A stretch of 64,000 nucleotides of DNA from Rhizobiales bacterium Ga0077548 (GCA_001464215.1 LNEZ01000024.1:6136-70135); one strand, 5' to 3'; shown: positions 15,123 through 24,581, numbered from the stretch's first letter. Notes: generated by a model from the letters alone, not told the origin. Numbers and translations are program-made.

Positions 15123-16631
15123 CTAGATGTAGTTCACAAGCGAAAGCTGCGACAGCATCGAAGTCACCTGGAGCGACGCCTGCATACGCGTATTGAGCGC
15201 AAGCAGCTTCACGCTGATTTCTTCGTCGGAAATATCCTCGACTTCCGAGATCATATCCTGAAGCACGGGCGTCCGCTCGGTGAGGCGCTTCTTCGCGGCC
15301 TGCGCGGCAATGTTGGCGCCGGCGATCTCGGTCTGAATTGCTTCGATTTGCTGCATACTCGACGGCACATCCATGGCCGCGCCAACGCGTCCGGCAAGCG
15401 CATAGTAGGCATCGCGCGCATCGGGATCGCTCGCAGAAAAGGCCGCCGCTGCGAAAACGGCGGTGTTCTGCACGATCCAGCGGATGCCTTCTTCGTTGGC
15501 GCGTGCGCCGTAGTCCACGGTGATCGCATCGTCCACGCGCGCAACCGATGTCGCGCGCGCGCTATCGGTCGCATTGTCGCCGAGATACCAGGAAATCGTG
15601 TTCGCGGTCGTGCCGTTCGTCATCGCGGTCGCGGCGTAGAAGGGCGGCGCGCCTGCGATGCGTTGCGGAGGATTGGACGCGTCCGTCGCGAAGAAATCGT
15701 TGCCGGCCTTCATCGCCGACGCCGCCACCAATTCGGTGCGGCCGAGGCGCTGCAACTCGGTATCCATCGCGGCGGTGATATTGGCGGCGGTGGCCGTAGG
15801 GTTGGCGCCGATCGTAAATTGCTTTTCGCCGGGAGGCGAAGCGGTGGTTGCGGTAAGCTCGATCGCGGTTGCGCTGCCGTCCGGCATCGCAAGCGTGATA
15901 CGCACTTTGCCGTCGACCGGCGGATTGGTTGCGCCAAGGTCGATGGAAAGTGAAGCGGGTGGAGCGCCCGGACCGGTAATCGTCGCACCGAAGCTCGTGG
16001 TGGCACCGGTGATCTTGAAACCGAAAGAATGCGCGCCGTCCTCGACGAGCGAGATCACCGCGCCGGCCGCCGGATTTACGGTAATGCGCCCGCGCTGATC
16101 CGCGCCCTGGTCGGCCTGCAACCGCTCATTCATGATTTGCTTAAGCCCGGCCTGCGCGCCTTCGCCTTCCAGAATGCGCGACATGGTATCGGTCGCGGGC
16201 ATATCGTTGGCACGGCCCGAGAACAGATAGCGGCCGCCGGCATCGAGGTTGAGCAGGCTCAGCATTTCTCCGAGACGGCCGGTCGCGGAGCGCTGCGCCG
16301 CGGTCTGACCGCCCTGGACAAGTACATAGTCGAACGGCGCGTTGAGGTCGGCGCGCGTTTCGTTGCGCACTTCGCCGATGCGCTGCAAAGACGTATTCAT
16401 CAGCTTCACGCGCGTTTCGATGTTGAGCGAGTTCGCCTGAAACACGTCCGTGCGCGTAAGTTGCGCGCGGAGATTGAGCACGAGACCGCTGCCAAGCCCA
16501 AGCCCGCCGTAGGTTTCGGATCTCTTGCCGGTGCCGAGCTGCCGCTGCAGATCGGCGAGCTGATCGCGCATCTGCGAGATCGTGCGCGCCGCGAGCGTAG
16601 TTGCCAGACTGGTTCCAGTAACCGACGACAT
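15123..16631 (-). CDS. flgL: flagellar hook-associated protein 3 FlgL
   Basis: 502-aa ORF with flagellin-like termini (MRDQLADLQRQLGTGKRSETYGGLG ... LQVTSMLSQLSLVNYI), directly downstream of flgK. Confidence 0.85.
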   Translation of the reverse strand: MSSVTGTSLATTLAARTISQMRDQLADLQRQLGTGKRSETYGGLGLGSGLVLNLRAQLTRTDVFQANSLNIETRVKLMNTSLQRIGEVRNETRADLNAPFDYVLVQGGQTAAQRSATGRLGEMLSLLNLDAGGRYLFSGRANDMPATDTMSRILEGEGAQAGLKQIMNERLQADQGADQRGRITVNPAAGAVISLVEDGAHSFGFKITGATTSFGATITGPGAPPASLSIDLGATNPPVDGKVRITLAMPDGSATAIELTATTASPPGEKQFTIGANPTATAANITAAMDTELQRLGRTELVAASAMKAGNDFFATDASNPPQRIAGAPPFYAATAMTNGTTANTISWYLGDNATDSARATSVARVDDAITVDYGARANEEGIRWIVQNTAVFAAAAFSASDPDARDAYYALAGRVGAAMDVPSSMQQIEAIQTEIAGANIAAQAAKKRLTERTPVLQDMISEVEDISDEEISVKLLALNTRMQASLQVTSMLSQLSLVNYI

Positions 16632-16634
16632 TCG

Positions 16635-18503
16635 CTACACCCTCATCAGCAGTTCGAAGAGTTCTTTGACCGCTGTCATGACGCGCGCATTGGCAGCATA
16701 GGCATTCTGAAGCGACAGCAGCCGCGCCATTTCAGAGTCGATATTGACGCCGGTGCTTTCCGCCATCCGGTCTTGCAGCGAATTCAGCACGACGTCCTGG
16801 CCGTCTTTCAAGCGAAGCGCATTGTCGGTCGCAGTGCTTTGATGCGTAATCACTTGCTGCGCGAAGCTGACGACCGAACCGGAATAGGGCGTGCCAGCAC
16901 CGCCGATGCCGGTCGACGGCGAGAACATCTGGCTTGTCGCAGTCAGGCGTTGCCAGAGAAAATCAGGCCGCGTCGAGTCGCCGGGCAGCGTGTTGGAGTC
17001 GATTTTGACAAGACCGGAAGGATCGGAGAGCAGCGCCGAGTTCACCGCGATCCGCGATGCAAAGCCGAGCTTCTGCTCACGGCCGCCGCTGATCACATTT
17101 GAGTAAATCGAATTTCCGCTGCCATCGACGAAGAACGAAAGCGTTCCGTCGCCTGACTGAATAGAGTCGGTCGTGACAGTCGCACTAAGCGCGTCGATGT
17201 TCACAAGGTTAGGCGCGCCGTCGTCAAGCACCCGCAGGATAGTACCGGCGCCCGGATTGTCGAACTGCACGTTCGGGCCGAGCGCGGTATTGAGCGCGGC
17301 CAGCGCGCCGGCAACGCCGCCGGCAAAGCTGATTCCGATGACCTGATCGCCGGGGTCGGCGGTCAGCGAATTGGAAAGCGGCAAAGACGACGGATCGTCC
17401 ACGCGGACGATCGTGTAGCGCTGGGTGGTCGGCCCGGCGTTCGTAGTCACGGTCAGCGAGATCGAATTGCCGTTCTGGAGATCGGCAAGATCGATCTCAA
17501 AGCCGGTTTGCGCGCCGTTTGTGGCAGCGGTGCTGTCCACGGTTCTGTTCGAGAGCGAACTTGCGAGCGCGTGCGCAATCTCATCGAGCTGCGCTTGTGC
17601 CTTGACCAGAATATCGTCGCGCAGCTCGATCAGGCCGGCGATCTTTCCGGATCGGATCGACCGGTCCTGGATCAGATCAATCGTGTAACCGCTCGGCGAT
17701 ACCAGCTTGATCGAACCCGTACCGGACAACAACGGATTGGCATTCCACATCGACTGCGCGCTAAGCGGCTTCTCGTCAAAAGTAAGCTTCGACGCCTGCA
17801 TATCGAACAGGCTGACGCCGGAATTCGTGAAAATCGAAACCTGGTTGGCCCCGGTGGCGGTGACCTGAATGTCGATCAAGCCGGCGAGTTCGGTGATCGC
17901 AAGATCGCGCTGGTCCAGGAGCGCGCCAAGTTCGACATCTTGCGCAGACAGCGCAATGATCTGGGTCTGCACGTTCTCGATGTTTTCCAGCAGCCCGTTT
18001 ACGCGGTCGACTGCGTCGGCGATCCCTGACTCTGCCTGATTGCGCATCAAAGTCACGTCGGCGGACAGGCTATGGAGCTTCTGTGCCATGACCTGCGCGG
18101 CGTTGATTACAGCCTGCCTGGTCGCAACCGATTGCGGGTCGGCGGAGAGTGCCTGCAACGAGTTCGTGAATCCGTTGACGATGGTGTCGAGCGCACTCGA
18201 AGCGCCCGGCGTGCCATACATCTGGTCGATCTGCTGGCGGACCTGCGCGATGATGTCGATATAGTTTGCGCCCGCGAGCTCCGTGCGCAGTTGACGCTGC
18301 ACATAAATATCCAGCTCGCGATTCACGTTCGCGACACGCACGCCGATGCCGGAGCCGCCGGCCATGGCGGCTTCGAGCGTCAACGTCTTTCGTGTGTAGC
18401 CCGGCGTCTCGGCGTTCGCGACGTTGGTCGCAACGACGCCGATGCCGACCTGCGTGGCGCGAAGCCCACTCAGTGCCGACGATAGCGCGGTAGTCAGCCC
18501 CAT
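16635..18503 (-). CDS. flgK: flagellar hook-associated protein 1 FlgK
   Basis: 622-aa ORF with N-terminus MGLTTALSSALSGLRATQVGIGVVATNVANAETPGYTRK and C-terminus NIDSEMARLLSLQNAYAANARVMTAVKELFELLM. Confidence 0.9.
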   Translation of the reverse strand: MGLTTALSSALSGLRATQVGIGVVATNVANAETPGYTRKTLTLEAAMAGGSGIGVRVANVNRELDIYVQRQLRTELAGANYIDIIAQVRQQIDQMYGTPGASSALDTIVNGFTNSLQALSADPQSVATRQAVINAAQVMAQKLHSLSADVTLMRNQAESGIADAVDRVNGLLENIENVQTQIIALSAQDVELGALLDQRDLAITELAGLIDIQVTATGANQVSIFTNSGVSLFDMQASKLTFDEKPLSAQSMWNANPLLSGTGSIKLVSPSGYTIDLIQDRSIRSGKIAGLIELRDDILVKAQAQLDEIAHALASSLSNRTVDSTAATNGAQTGFEIDLADLQNGNSISLTVTTNAGPTTQRYTIVRVDDPSSLPLSNSLTADPGDQVIGISFAGGVAGALAALNTALGPNVQFDNPGAGTILRVLDDGAPNLVNIDALSATVTTDSIQSGDGTLSFFVDGSGNSIYSNVISGGREQKLGFASRIAVNSALLSDPSGLVKIDSNTLPGDSTRPDFLWQRLTATSQMFSPSTGIGGAGTPYSGSVVSFAQQVITHQSTATDNALRLKDGQDVVLNSLQDRMAESTGVNIDSEMARLLSLQNAYAANARVMTAVKELFELLMRV

Positions 18504-18525
18504 AGCTTACTCGCCTTCGTCCGCC

Positions 18526-19905
18526 TTAGCGGATCATATTGATTGTTTCTTGCAGCATCTGGTCCGCGGTGGTCACGATGCGCGTGTTCGCCGCATAAGC
18601 CTGCTGCGTCACGATCAGCTTCGTGAATTCGTCAGCGATGTCCGTATTCGAACCTTCGAGCGACTTGCCGATGATCTGGCCGGAAGCGCCGTAGATCGCC
18701 GGGCCCGATTCCGACGTCGCTTCGAATGCGCCGCCATCCAGCCGCTTCAACTGGTTGTCGCCAAGGAAACTCGCGAGCGGGATTTCCGCGATATCGATGG
18801 AGCGGCCGTTGGAATAGCTCGCAACGATGCGGCCCCGGTCGCTTACCGAGATGGATTGCAGTTCGCCCGCGGCGTAGCCGTTCTGGTTCAAGAGGTTCAC
18901 CTTCGCGACGCCGTTTGCGTCGGCGAATTGCGTGACGCCCGAAGAACCATGCGAAAGGATCACGTCGCCGATGACGACACCGTCAATCGAGAGGGCGGTG
19001 ATCGTTACCTGCGGAATGTTCGGCGCCAGAATACCGCTGGCGTTGAACGAATAGACTTGGCCCGCGTTACGCCAGGCGACCTGCGCCGCGCCGGCGTTCG
19101 AGTTTTCGAGGTAGAACAGCTCCCAGGTATCGGTGCCGCCGGTCGCAGCCGAGTCGGTCTTGGCCCAGCGCAACTGCACGTTCATCTCGTTACCGAGTGC
19201 GTCATAGACGGTGATTGCGCCACCGGCGATCGACTGCTCAAGGAAGGCGCTGACGCCCGCTCCGAGAACGGTGCCGGTACCCGCATCGAGCGGGTTCACA
19301 CCGAACGCGGCCGGATTGATCAACTCGCTGTCCGGCGTATTTGGTGCGTTAAGGTAAGCCTGCGTGCGCGGAAGGCTCGCGAGGTTCGCGCGGTAGTCGA
19401 TGATGGTTGTCGTTTGCGACGGCAGGAAGTCGTTGGTGAATTGCAGTACTTCCGGAACCGAGCCGACCGTATTGCCGGTGACAGGATCGACCTCGAGTGC
19501 CTTCAGGTAATAGCCGGAGCCGTTGACGAGAAAACCGTTCCTGTCGAGCTCGAAATCGCCGCGGCGCGTATAGAGATCGACACCGACGAAGGTCGGCACA
19601 CCGTCAGGGAAAGCCGTGGGTTTCTGAACGACGAAGTAGCCGTCGCCCTTAATTGCCATGAAGGTATCGACGCCGGCGGTCTGAATATCGCCCTGCACGT
19701 TGTTGGTCTGGCGGGAGAGCGCGGTAACGCCGCCTGCGGTCTGGCGCTTGGCGCTGGAGCTTGCGACCATGTCGGCAAAGCTCGTGTCGACCCGCTTGAA
19801 GCCGGTCGTCTGCGAGTTTGCGATGTTGCCCGAGATGTTTTCGAGCGCGAAGGACTGCGCTTGCAGGCCACCGACCGCGGTCGTCATTGCACCGAAGATA
19901 CCCAT
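18526..19905 (-). CDS. flgE: flagellar hook protein FlgE
   Basis: Frame of ORF 18526-19974. ATG at 19905 has RBS GGAGGA 6 nt upstream. Reads MGIFGAMTTAVGGLQAQSFALENISGNIANSQTTGFKR ... TKLIVTQQAYAANTRIVTTADQMLQETINMIR. Confidence 0.9.
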   Translation of the reverse strand: MGIFGAMTTAVGGLQAQSFALENISGNIANSQTTGFKRVDTSFADMVASSSAKRQTAGGVTALSRQTNNVQGDIQTAGVDTFMAIKGDGYFVVQKPTAFPDGVPTFVGVDLYTRRGDFELDRNGFLVNGSGYYLKALEVDPVTGNTVGSVPEVLQFTNDFLPSQTTTIIDYRANLASLPRTQAYLNAPNTPDSELINPAAFGVNPLDAGTGTVLGAGVSAFLEQSIAGGAITVYDALGNEMNVQLRWAKTDSAATGGTDTWELFYLENSNAGAAQVAWRNAGQVYSFNASGILAPNIPQVTITALSIDGVVIGDVILSHGSSGVTQFADANGVAKVNLLNQNGYAAGELQSISVSDRGRIVASYSNGRSIDIAEIPLASFLGDNQLKRLDGGAFEATSESGPAIYGASGQIIGKSLEGSNTDIADEFTKLIVTQQAYAANTRIVTTADQMLQETINMIR

Positions 19906-19957
19906 TACACTCCTCCGAAATCCGTTGGCCGCGCGTATGCGGGCCCCACAAGGCATT

Positions 19958-19973
19958 GGCAACGGCCATGCCA
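19958..19973 (-). promoter_or_regulatory. sigma54-type -24/-12 promoter for the flgE-flgK-flgL operon
   Basis: The minus strand reads TGGCATGGCCGTTGCC, a near-consensus TGGCAT-N5-TTGC. It lies 53 nt upstream of the flgE ATG. An AT-rich tract with IHF-like tTTCAAtagcTTA (19988-20001, minus strand) lies just upstream. Confidence 0.65.
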
Positions 19974-20047
19974 TGTGAGCGGTCTATTTAAGCTATTGAA
20001 ATTACTATGATTTTTTAGATACGGCGGCGGCTGGCGCCGTGCAGGCT

Positions 20048-20071
20048 TTGCCGTCCCGGCAAGTTCTGCCG
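20048..20071. promoter_or_regulatory. composite dyad TTGCCG-TCC-CGGCAA-GTTC-TGCCG, candidate enhancer (FlbD/ftr-like) for flgE
   Basis: Contains CGGCA-N5-TGCCG (20057-71) plus an overlapping perfect palindrome TTGCCGtccCGGCAA (20048-62). It lies about 90 bp upstream of the flgE -24/-12 element. Confidence 0.5.
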
Positions 20072-20166
20072 GGCGGAATAAGTACGCTGCGGGCGTCGCC
20101 TGCCGCCTTGCCGAGGCTGATTGCGGCCCATAGGGTGCGCCGCCTCAAGAAATCCCGGAGCCGGAA

Positions 20167-21009
20167 ATGCGTTTCGAAGGTACCAAGAGCTACGTCGCGG
20201 CCGACGATCTGAAAGTTGCGGTCAATGCCGCGATCGCGCTTGAGCGCCCGCTGCTGATTAAGGGCGAACCCGGCACCGGCAAGACCGTGCTCGCGGCGGA
20301 AGTCGCACAAGCGATCAAGGCGCCGCTGATCGAGTGGCACATCAAGTCGACAACCAAGGCAGCCCAAGGCCTATATGAATATGACGCGGTCGCGCGCCTC
20401 CGCGATAGCCAGCTTGGCGACCCGCGCGTTTCCGAAATCAGGAACTACATCAAGCGTGGCAAGCTTTGGGATGCCTTTACCGCCGAAGAGCGCCCGCTTC
20501 TTTTGATCGACGAAATCGACAAGGCCGACATCGAATTCCCGAACGATCTGCTGCAAGAACTCGATCGCATGGAATTCCATGTTTACGAGACCGGCGAGAC
20601 GATTAAGGCGGCGAAGCGCCCGATCATCGTCATCACCTCGAACAACGAGAAAGAGTTGCCGGACGCATTCCTGCGCCGCTGCTTCTTCCATTACATCCGC
20701 TTTCCCGATGCCGACACGATGCGCGAGATCGTCGAGGTGCATTTTCCCGGCATCAAGCAGCGTCTGGTCGCCGAAGCGCTCCGTATGTTCTACGAAATCC
20801 GTGAAGTACCCGGCCTCAAGAAGAAACCTTCGACTTCGGAATTGCTCGACTGGCTGAAGTTGTTGATGGTCGAAGACATCGGCCCGGAAACGCTGCGCGA
20901 GCGCGACCCGAAGAAGCTGATCCCGCCGCTGCATGGCGCGTTATTGAAGAATGAGCAGGATGTACATCTGTTCGAACGGCTCGCCTTCCTGTCGCGGCGC
21001 GAGGGTTAA
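20167..21009 (+). CDS. MoxR-family AAA+ ATPase
   Basis: 280-aa ORF with Walker A LLIKGEPGTGKT, Walker B LLLIDEIDKA, and the typical CbbQ/NirQ/MoxR short form. Confidence 0.9.
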   Translation: MRFEGTKSYVAADDLKVAVNAAIALERPLLIKGEPGTGKTVLAAEVAQAIKAPLIEWHIKSTTKAAQGLYEYDAVARLRDSQLGDPRVSEIRNYIKRGKLWDAFTAEERPLLLIDEIDKADIEFPNDLLQELDRMEFHVYETGETIKAAKRPIIVITSNNEKELPDAFLRRCFFHYIRFPDADTMREIVEVHFPGIKQRLVAEALRMFYEIREVPGLKKKPSTSELLDWLKLLMVEDIGPETLRERDPKKLIPPLHGALLKNEQDVHLFERLAFLSRREG

Positions 21010-21061
21010 GCGGTTTTCACATCTTTGCGGTATTCGGCGAAGCCGCGTTTAGGGAACTTGT

Positions 21062-21577
21062 ATGCGGCGTCTTCTGCTTCTTCGTCACGCGAAGTCCGAT
21101 TGGCCGGATGGCTATGACGACTCTCTGCGCCCTCTCGCGGAGCGCGGTCTTCGCGACGCACCCGAGATGGGAAAAGCGATAACGCGTGCCGGGCTCATTC
21201 CCGATCTCGCGCTGATTTCGACCGCGGTTCGCACCCGGCAGACATGGGAGCTAGTCGGGCCGCAATTCGGAAAGCAGATTCCCTCGCAAGAGGTGAACGG
21301 CCTTTATGGCGCGTCGGAGAAGACGATTCTGGGGTTCGTTCACACCGCGCCGGATGAAGTGCAGACGCTCATTTGCGTGGGACATAATCCTGGCATGGAG
21401 CGCCTTGCGCGCAGCTTCGCGAAGTCCGGCAACCCGGACGCGATCCGCCGTATCGAGAAAAAATACCCGACCTGCGGGCTTGCCGTGATCGAACTGCCGA
21501 TCAACCACTGGAAGCAAGCCGAGCCGCCCGCGGGCAGGCTCGAGATGTTCCTGACGCCGAAGACTCTTGAAGAATAA
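21062..21577 (+). CDS. histidine phosphatase family protein (SixA-like)
   Basis: 171-aa ORF with an RHA catalytic motif (LLLLRHAKSDW) and a GHNPGM motif. Confidence 0.8.
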   Translation: MRRLLLLRHAKSDWPDGYDDSLRPLAERGLRDAPEMGKAITRAGLIPDLALISTAVRTRQTWELVGPQFGKQIPSQEVNGLYGASEKTILGFVHTAPDEVQTLICVGHNPGMERLARSFAKSGNPDAIRRIEKKYPTCGLAVIELPINHWKQAEPPAGRLEMFLTPKTLEE

Positions 21578-21580
21578 AAA

Positions 21581-22162
21581 TTATTCGGCTGCAGCCGGCA
21601 AAACATCCGCTGGCAAATCATGCGGATCGTAGCGGCGCGGACGATTGCGCGTCACGATGTTCCAGACCTGCCAAAGAAACCATGCTCCAATCAGCACGAT
21701 GACGCCGGTCAATGCGTAGTGCTCGCCACGCAACCCTTGCACGGCAATATAGGCAACAAGCAACACCGCGGCGACTGCGACAACCACGGAAGGCCACCAG
21801 CGCCATGCCGGGAGACCGGCTTGATAGATACATTCGCCGTTCGACGCGGCGACGCGGCGATGCAATTCACGAAGAAAGCGAACGTACTCGCTCCCCTGAT
21901 CTGCCATGTCGATCAAGGAACGCGCGGAAACCGAGTGAATCGGAACCTTCGCGCTGTTCAAGGGCCAGATTTCCGCGATAAATCGCGCGCTCGCCATGTT
22001 GGTAGGCTTATAGCTGAGCCGGATTTGCCGGATCATCGGATAGCTGACACGGCCGCTACGCAGGCCGATCGCCCAGTCCAGCGAGTCCTTTGAGAGCGTA
22101 AACTCGTAAGCCGGGCCCATCAGGCGCGGCTTGTAGGCATATGTGAAATTTTCTGACGACAT
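21581..22162 (-). CDS. hypothetical membrane protein
   Basis: 193-aa ORF with normal composition and two C-terminal TM helices (WWPSVVVAVAAVLLVAYIAV; ALTGVIVLIGAWFLWQVW). No recognisable motif. Confidence 0.55.
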   Translation of the reverse strand: MSSENFTYAYKPRLMGPAYEFTLSKDSLDWAIGLRSGRVSYPMIRQIRLSYKPTNMASARFIAEIWPLNSAKVPIHSVSARSLIDMADQGSEYVRFLRELHRRVAASNGECIYQAGLPAWRWWPSVVVAVAAVLLVAYIAVQGLRGEHYALTGVIVLIGAWFLWQVWNIVTRNRPRRYDPHDLPADVLPAAAE

Positions 22163-22195
22163 TGCGCGCGGCTTTTAGACCGCGCGCGATCAGGT

Positions 22196-22234
22196 TGCAA
22201 AAGAAATCGGGGCACAGGTTTTTCCTGTGCCCCG
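22196..22234 (-). terminator. rho-independent terminator after the 22251-22610 gene
   Basis: 11-bp stem CGGGGCACAGG/CCTGTGCCCCG with a 5-nt loop. On the minus strand it is followed by atttctttt. Confidence 0.7.
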
Positions 22235-22250
22235 AGTCGAAAAAGCGGTG

Positions 22251-22610
22251 TTACCAGCCGTAATAGTAGCGCGGCGGTCCGTAGTAACGCCGGCCGTAAT
22301 AGCCGCTGTAGTACGTGGGGTGCGGCTGATAGTACGGGTCATAGTAATGACGGCGGTGATAGCGGCGCTGGTATTGATGCGCCGCAAGACCTGCCGCTAC
22401 TGCACCGAACACGCCAAGGGCGACAGCCGGGCCATAATGACGGCGACGCCACTGAACGTCTTCCGTCTGTTGCGGGATGGATTGCTTCACGGTGTTCTGG
22501 CTCGGCGCGATTGGAGCGGCCGACGCCGGAACCGACGGGATTGCGAGCGCGGTAAGACCGACGGCGCCGGCCAGACCGATCGCAGTAAGTTTCTTGTGCA
22601 GGGTGTTCAT
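22251..22610 (-). CDS. secreted/membrane-associated Tyr/Arg/His/Pro-rich small protein
   Basis: Frame of ORF 22251-22670. ATG 22610 has RBS GGAGGT. Signal peptide MNTLHKKLTAIGLAGAVGLTALAIPSVPASA, a Gly-zipper-like segment GPAVALGVFGAVAAGLAA, then the tail QRRYHRRHYYDPYYQPHPTYYSGYYGRRYYGPPRYYYGW. Confidence 0.65.
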   Translation of the reverse strand: MNTLHKKLTAIGLAGAVGLTALAIPSVPASAAPIAPSQNTVKQSIPQQTEDVQWRRRHYGPAVALGVFGAVAAGLAAHQYQRRYHRRHYYDPYYQPHPTYYSGYYGRRYYGPPRYYYGW

Positions 22611-22819
22611 CAGAACCTCCATTTCACTACACGAGGCCAACGCATTTAGTGACGCTCGACCCGCGTTCAATGCCTGTAACGTGCGGAACCAATTATTGTT
22701 TCATGAACAGCGGTTCAGCTTGGCGCCGCCTTTTCGCCACGGCGCCACGAACGAGAAAACCGATTTTTTCCGCACGCTGTTCGTGCGAAACTTGGGTGGA
22801 GGCAGCGAGGAGAACGATA

Positions 22820-23791
22820 ATGAGTAGCGACAACAAGCTCGTGCTGACGCGCCGCGACGCGATGATCGGAGCAGGAACGCTTGCTGCCACGAGCTTGCTT
22901 CCCATTCCTGCTCTCGCGAAAATGCCCCTCGCAAAAGCACAGGCGCCGGGTTTTGTCCGCCGCAAACTCGGCGCCTTCGAAGTGACCTCCGTGCTCGACG
23001 GTGACCTTGAGATTGAGCTCAAGTTGTTCTCCGGTGACGCCGCAGAAATCCAGAAACTGTCGGCACAAAGCTACCAGCCGTCGCCGCCGCGCTCGCACGT
23101 GAACGCGTTCGCCGTGAACACCGGCGAAAAGCTCTATCTCGTCGATACCGGCACCGGCGCGCTGTTGGGCTCATCGCTCGGACGGGTAACTGAGAATCTT
23201 GTGCTGGCCGGCATCAATCCCGACCAGGTTGATGCGATCCTGCTCACCCATCTGCATCCGGATCACTTCGGCGGAATGACGATGGAAGGCCGGCCCGTTT
23301 TCAAGAACGCCGAGATCTACGTCTCTGAAGCCGATGCCAAGTTTTGGCTGAGCGCCGAGAACGCCGAAAAAGCGCCCGCAGATTTCAAGCAGTTCTTCGA
23401 CATGGCGGCCGCCGCAATCAAACCTTATGCGCACCGTCTGAAGCCGCTTCCCAAAACGGGTGAAATCGCGTCCGGCGTCTCCGCGCTCGCGCTTCCCGGT
23501 CACACGGTGGGGCACACGGGCTATCTGTTCGCTTCGGAAAAGGAGCAGATGCTCGTCTGGGGCGACATCATCCATAACGCAGCGCTGCAATTTGAGCGGC
23601 CTGAATGGACGCTTGCTTTCGACACCGATCAGACGCAAGCGGCAGTGGCAAGAAAACGCGCGTTCGATATGGCCGCAGCCGACCGGCTTCTTGTCGCAGG
23701 GATGCATCTTCCCTACCCCGGACTTGGCTACGTCGAACGAACAGGCGCGCAGTATCGCTATCATCCGGACTTCTGGAGCACGAGGCTCTAG
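22820..23791 (+). CDS. MBL-fold metallo-hydrolase with Tat-type signal
   Basis: Frame of ORF 22649-23791, with ATG 22820. Twin-arginine signal LTRRDAMIGAGTLAATSLLPIPALA and the metal motif LLTHLHPDHFGG (HxHxDH). Confidence 0.8.
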   Translation: MSSDNKLVLTRRDAMIGAGTLAATSLLPIPALAKMPLAKAQAPGFVRRKLGAFEVTSVLDGDLEIELKLFSGDAAEIQKLSAQSYQPSPPRSHVNAFAVNTGEKLYLVDTGTGALLGSSLGRVTENLVLAGINPDQVDAILLTHLHPDHFGGMTMEGRPVFKNAEIYVSEADAKFWLSAENAEKAPADFKQFFDMAAAAIKPYAHRLKPLPKTGEIASGVSALALPGHTVGHTGYLFASEKEQMLVWGDIIHNAALQFERPEWTLAFDTDQTQAAVARKRAFDMAAADRLLVAGMHLPYPGLGYVERTGAQYRYHPDFWSTRL

Positions 23792-24146
23792 ATGCCAACA
23801 CACACTAGACACGCATAGGTGGTGCGTGTTTGGGGCATTATCCTTTAAGGCGACGACGTGTTCGCCGCCGGATTGCGGACGCAATGTGTGCGCGATCCGC
23901 AACAGTATCTCTCTCCGCCTTCGACCTTCGTGGTGCATAAAGCGGGACGTATGCGCATACGCAACGAGCGCGTTGCATAACGACTTGAACATTCGCGACT
24001 CTCGCAAGCCCCTTTTCGCGTAAACGCCGCGTCTATTTTTGCTGTCACGGGTTCGTGATGCCGCAGCGCATCCAAATTCCCCATTCGCAGGATTACTTGT
24101 TGTCAGCCGCTGGTTCTCCAGCAGCTAATTAAACAGGAGACGAACC

Positions 24147-24320
24147 ATGAAGAAGTTTATTTTTGCAACGCTCGCCGCTGCTACTATTTTCGCGTCCGTC
24201 GGCGCCGCTTCCGCGCAGACCGCGCAACAGAATTTGCAGGAGCATCAGCTCTCGCTGAATACCGGCGGCGCATCGTGGGGCTACAACGAAAACCTCGCGA
24301 GCTTCGACAACATCAAGTAA
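24147..24320 (+). CDS. secreted mini-protein (57 aa precursor)
   Basis: Not in the ORF track (<60 aa); hand-translated. RBS AGGAGA, sequence MKKFIFATLAAATIFASVGAASAQ|TAQQNLQEHQLSLNTGGASWGYNENLASFDNIK, followed by a strong terminator. Confidence 0.55.
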   Translation: MKKFIFATLAAATIFASVGAASAQTAQQNLQEHQLSLNTGGASWGYNENLASFDNIK

Positions 24321-24332
24321 CGTAGCGTTACT

Positions 24333-24370
24333 AAAAAAAACGGCCGGTGGAAACACCGGCCGTTCTTTTC
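24333..24370. terminator. bidirectional rho-independent terminator
   Basis: aaaaaaaACGGCCGGTGgaaaCACCGGCCGTtcttttc lies between convergent small genes. Confidence 0.8.
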
Positions 24371-24398
24371 CGAATATCGATGCTGAGAAGATCGCGAA

Positions 24399-24581
24399 TT
24401 ACTTTTGGTCGTCATCTTCGTCATCGTCGCCGCTATAGACCTGCTCTTGCAGATCGAGCACGGCATCGCGCAGTGCCTCAATGACCATTGCAAGCGCCTT
24501 CGGATCGGCTGTTCCGGATTGCAGCTTGCCGAGTGCGGCTTCGAATTCGGCGCCCTCGAGCGGATTTTCTTCGTCGGCCAT
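24399..24581 (-). CDS. small acidic hypothetical protein (60 aa)
   Basis: Frame of ORF 24399-24635. ATG 24581 has RBS AGGAGA. Reads MADEENPLEGAEFEAALGKLQSGTADPKALAMVIEALRDAVLDLQEQVYSGDDDEDDDQK. Confidence 0.55.
   Translation of the reverse strand: MADEENPLEGAEFEAALGKLQSGTADPKALAMVIEALRDAVLDLQEQVYSGDDDEDDDQK

Noticed and set aside
14865-15953. 362-aa plus-strand ORF opposite flgL
   Set aside because: Antisense to flgL and extremely Arg-rich. It overlaps flaF in another frame.
18424-20010. 528-aa plus-strand ORF opposite flgE
   Set aside because: Antisense to flgE. Arg/Asp/Gly-rich composition of shadow-ORF type.
23792-24146. 350-nt gap after the MBL hydrolase, with ORF 23845-24084 (-)
   Set aside because: The ORF has no RBS, is Cys/Arg-rich and is not protein-like. 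Only a terminator-like hairpin (ACACGCA/TGCGTGT at about 23810-23835) is seen, so the region is treated as intergenic.
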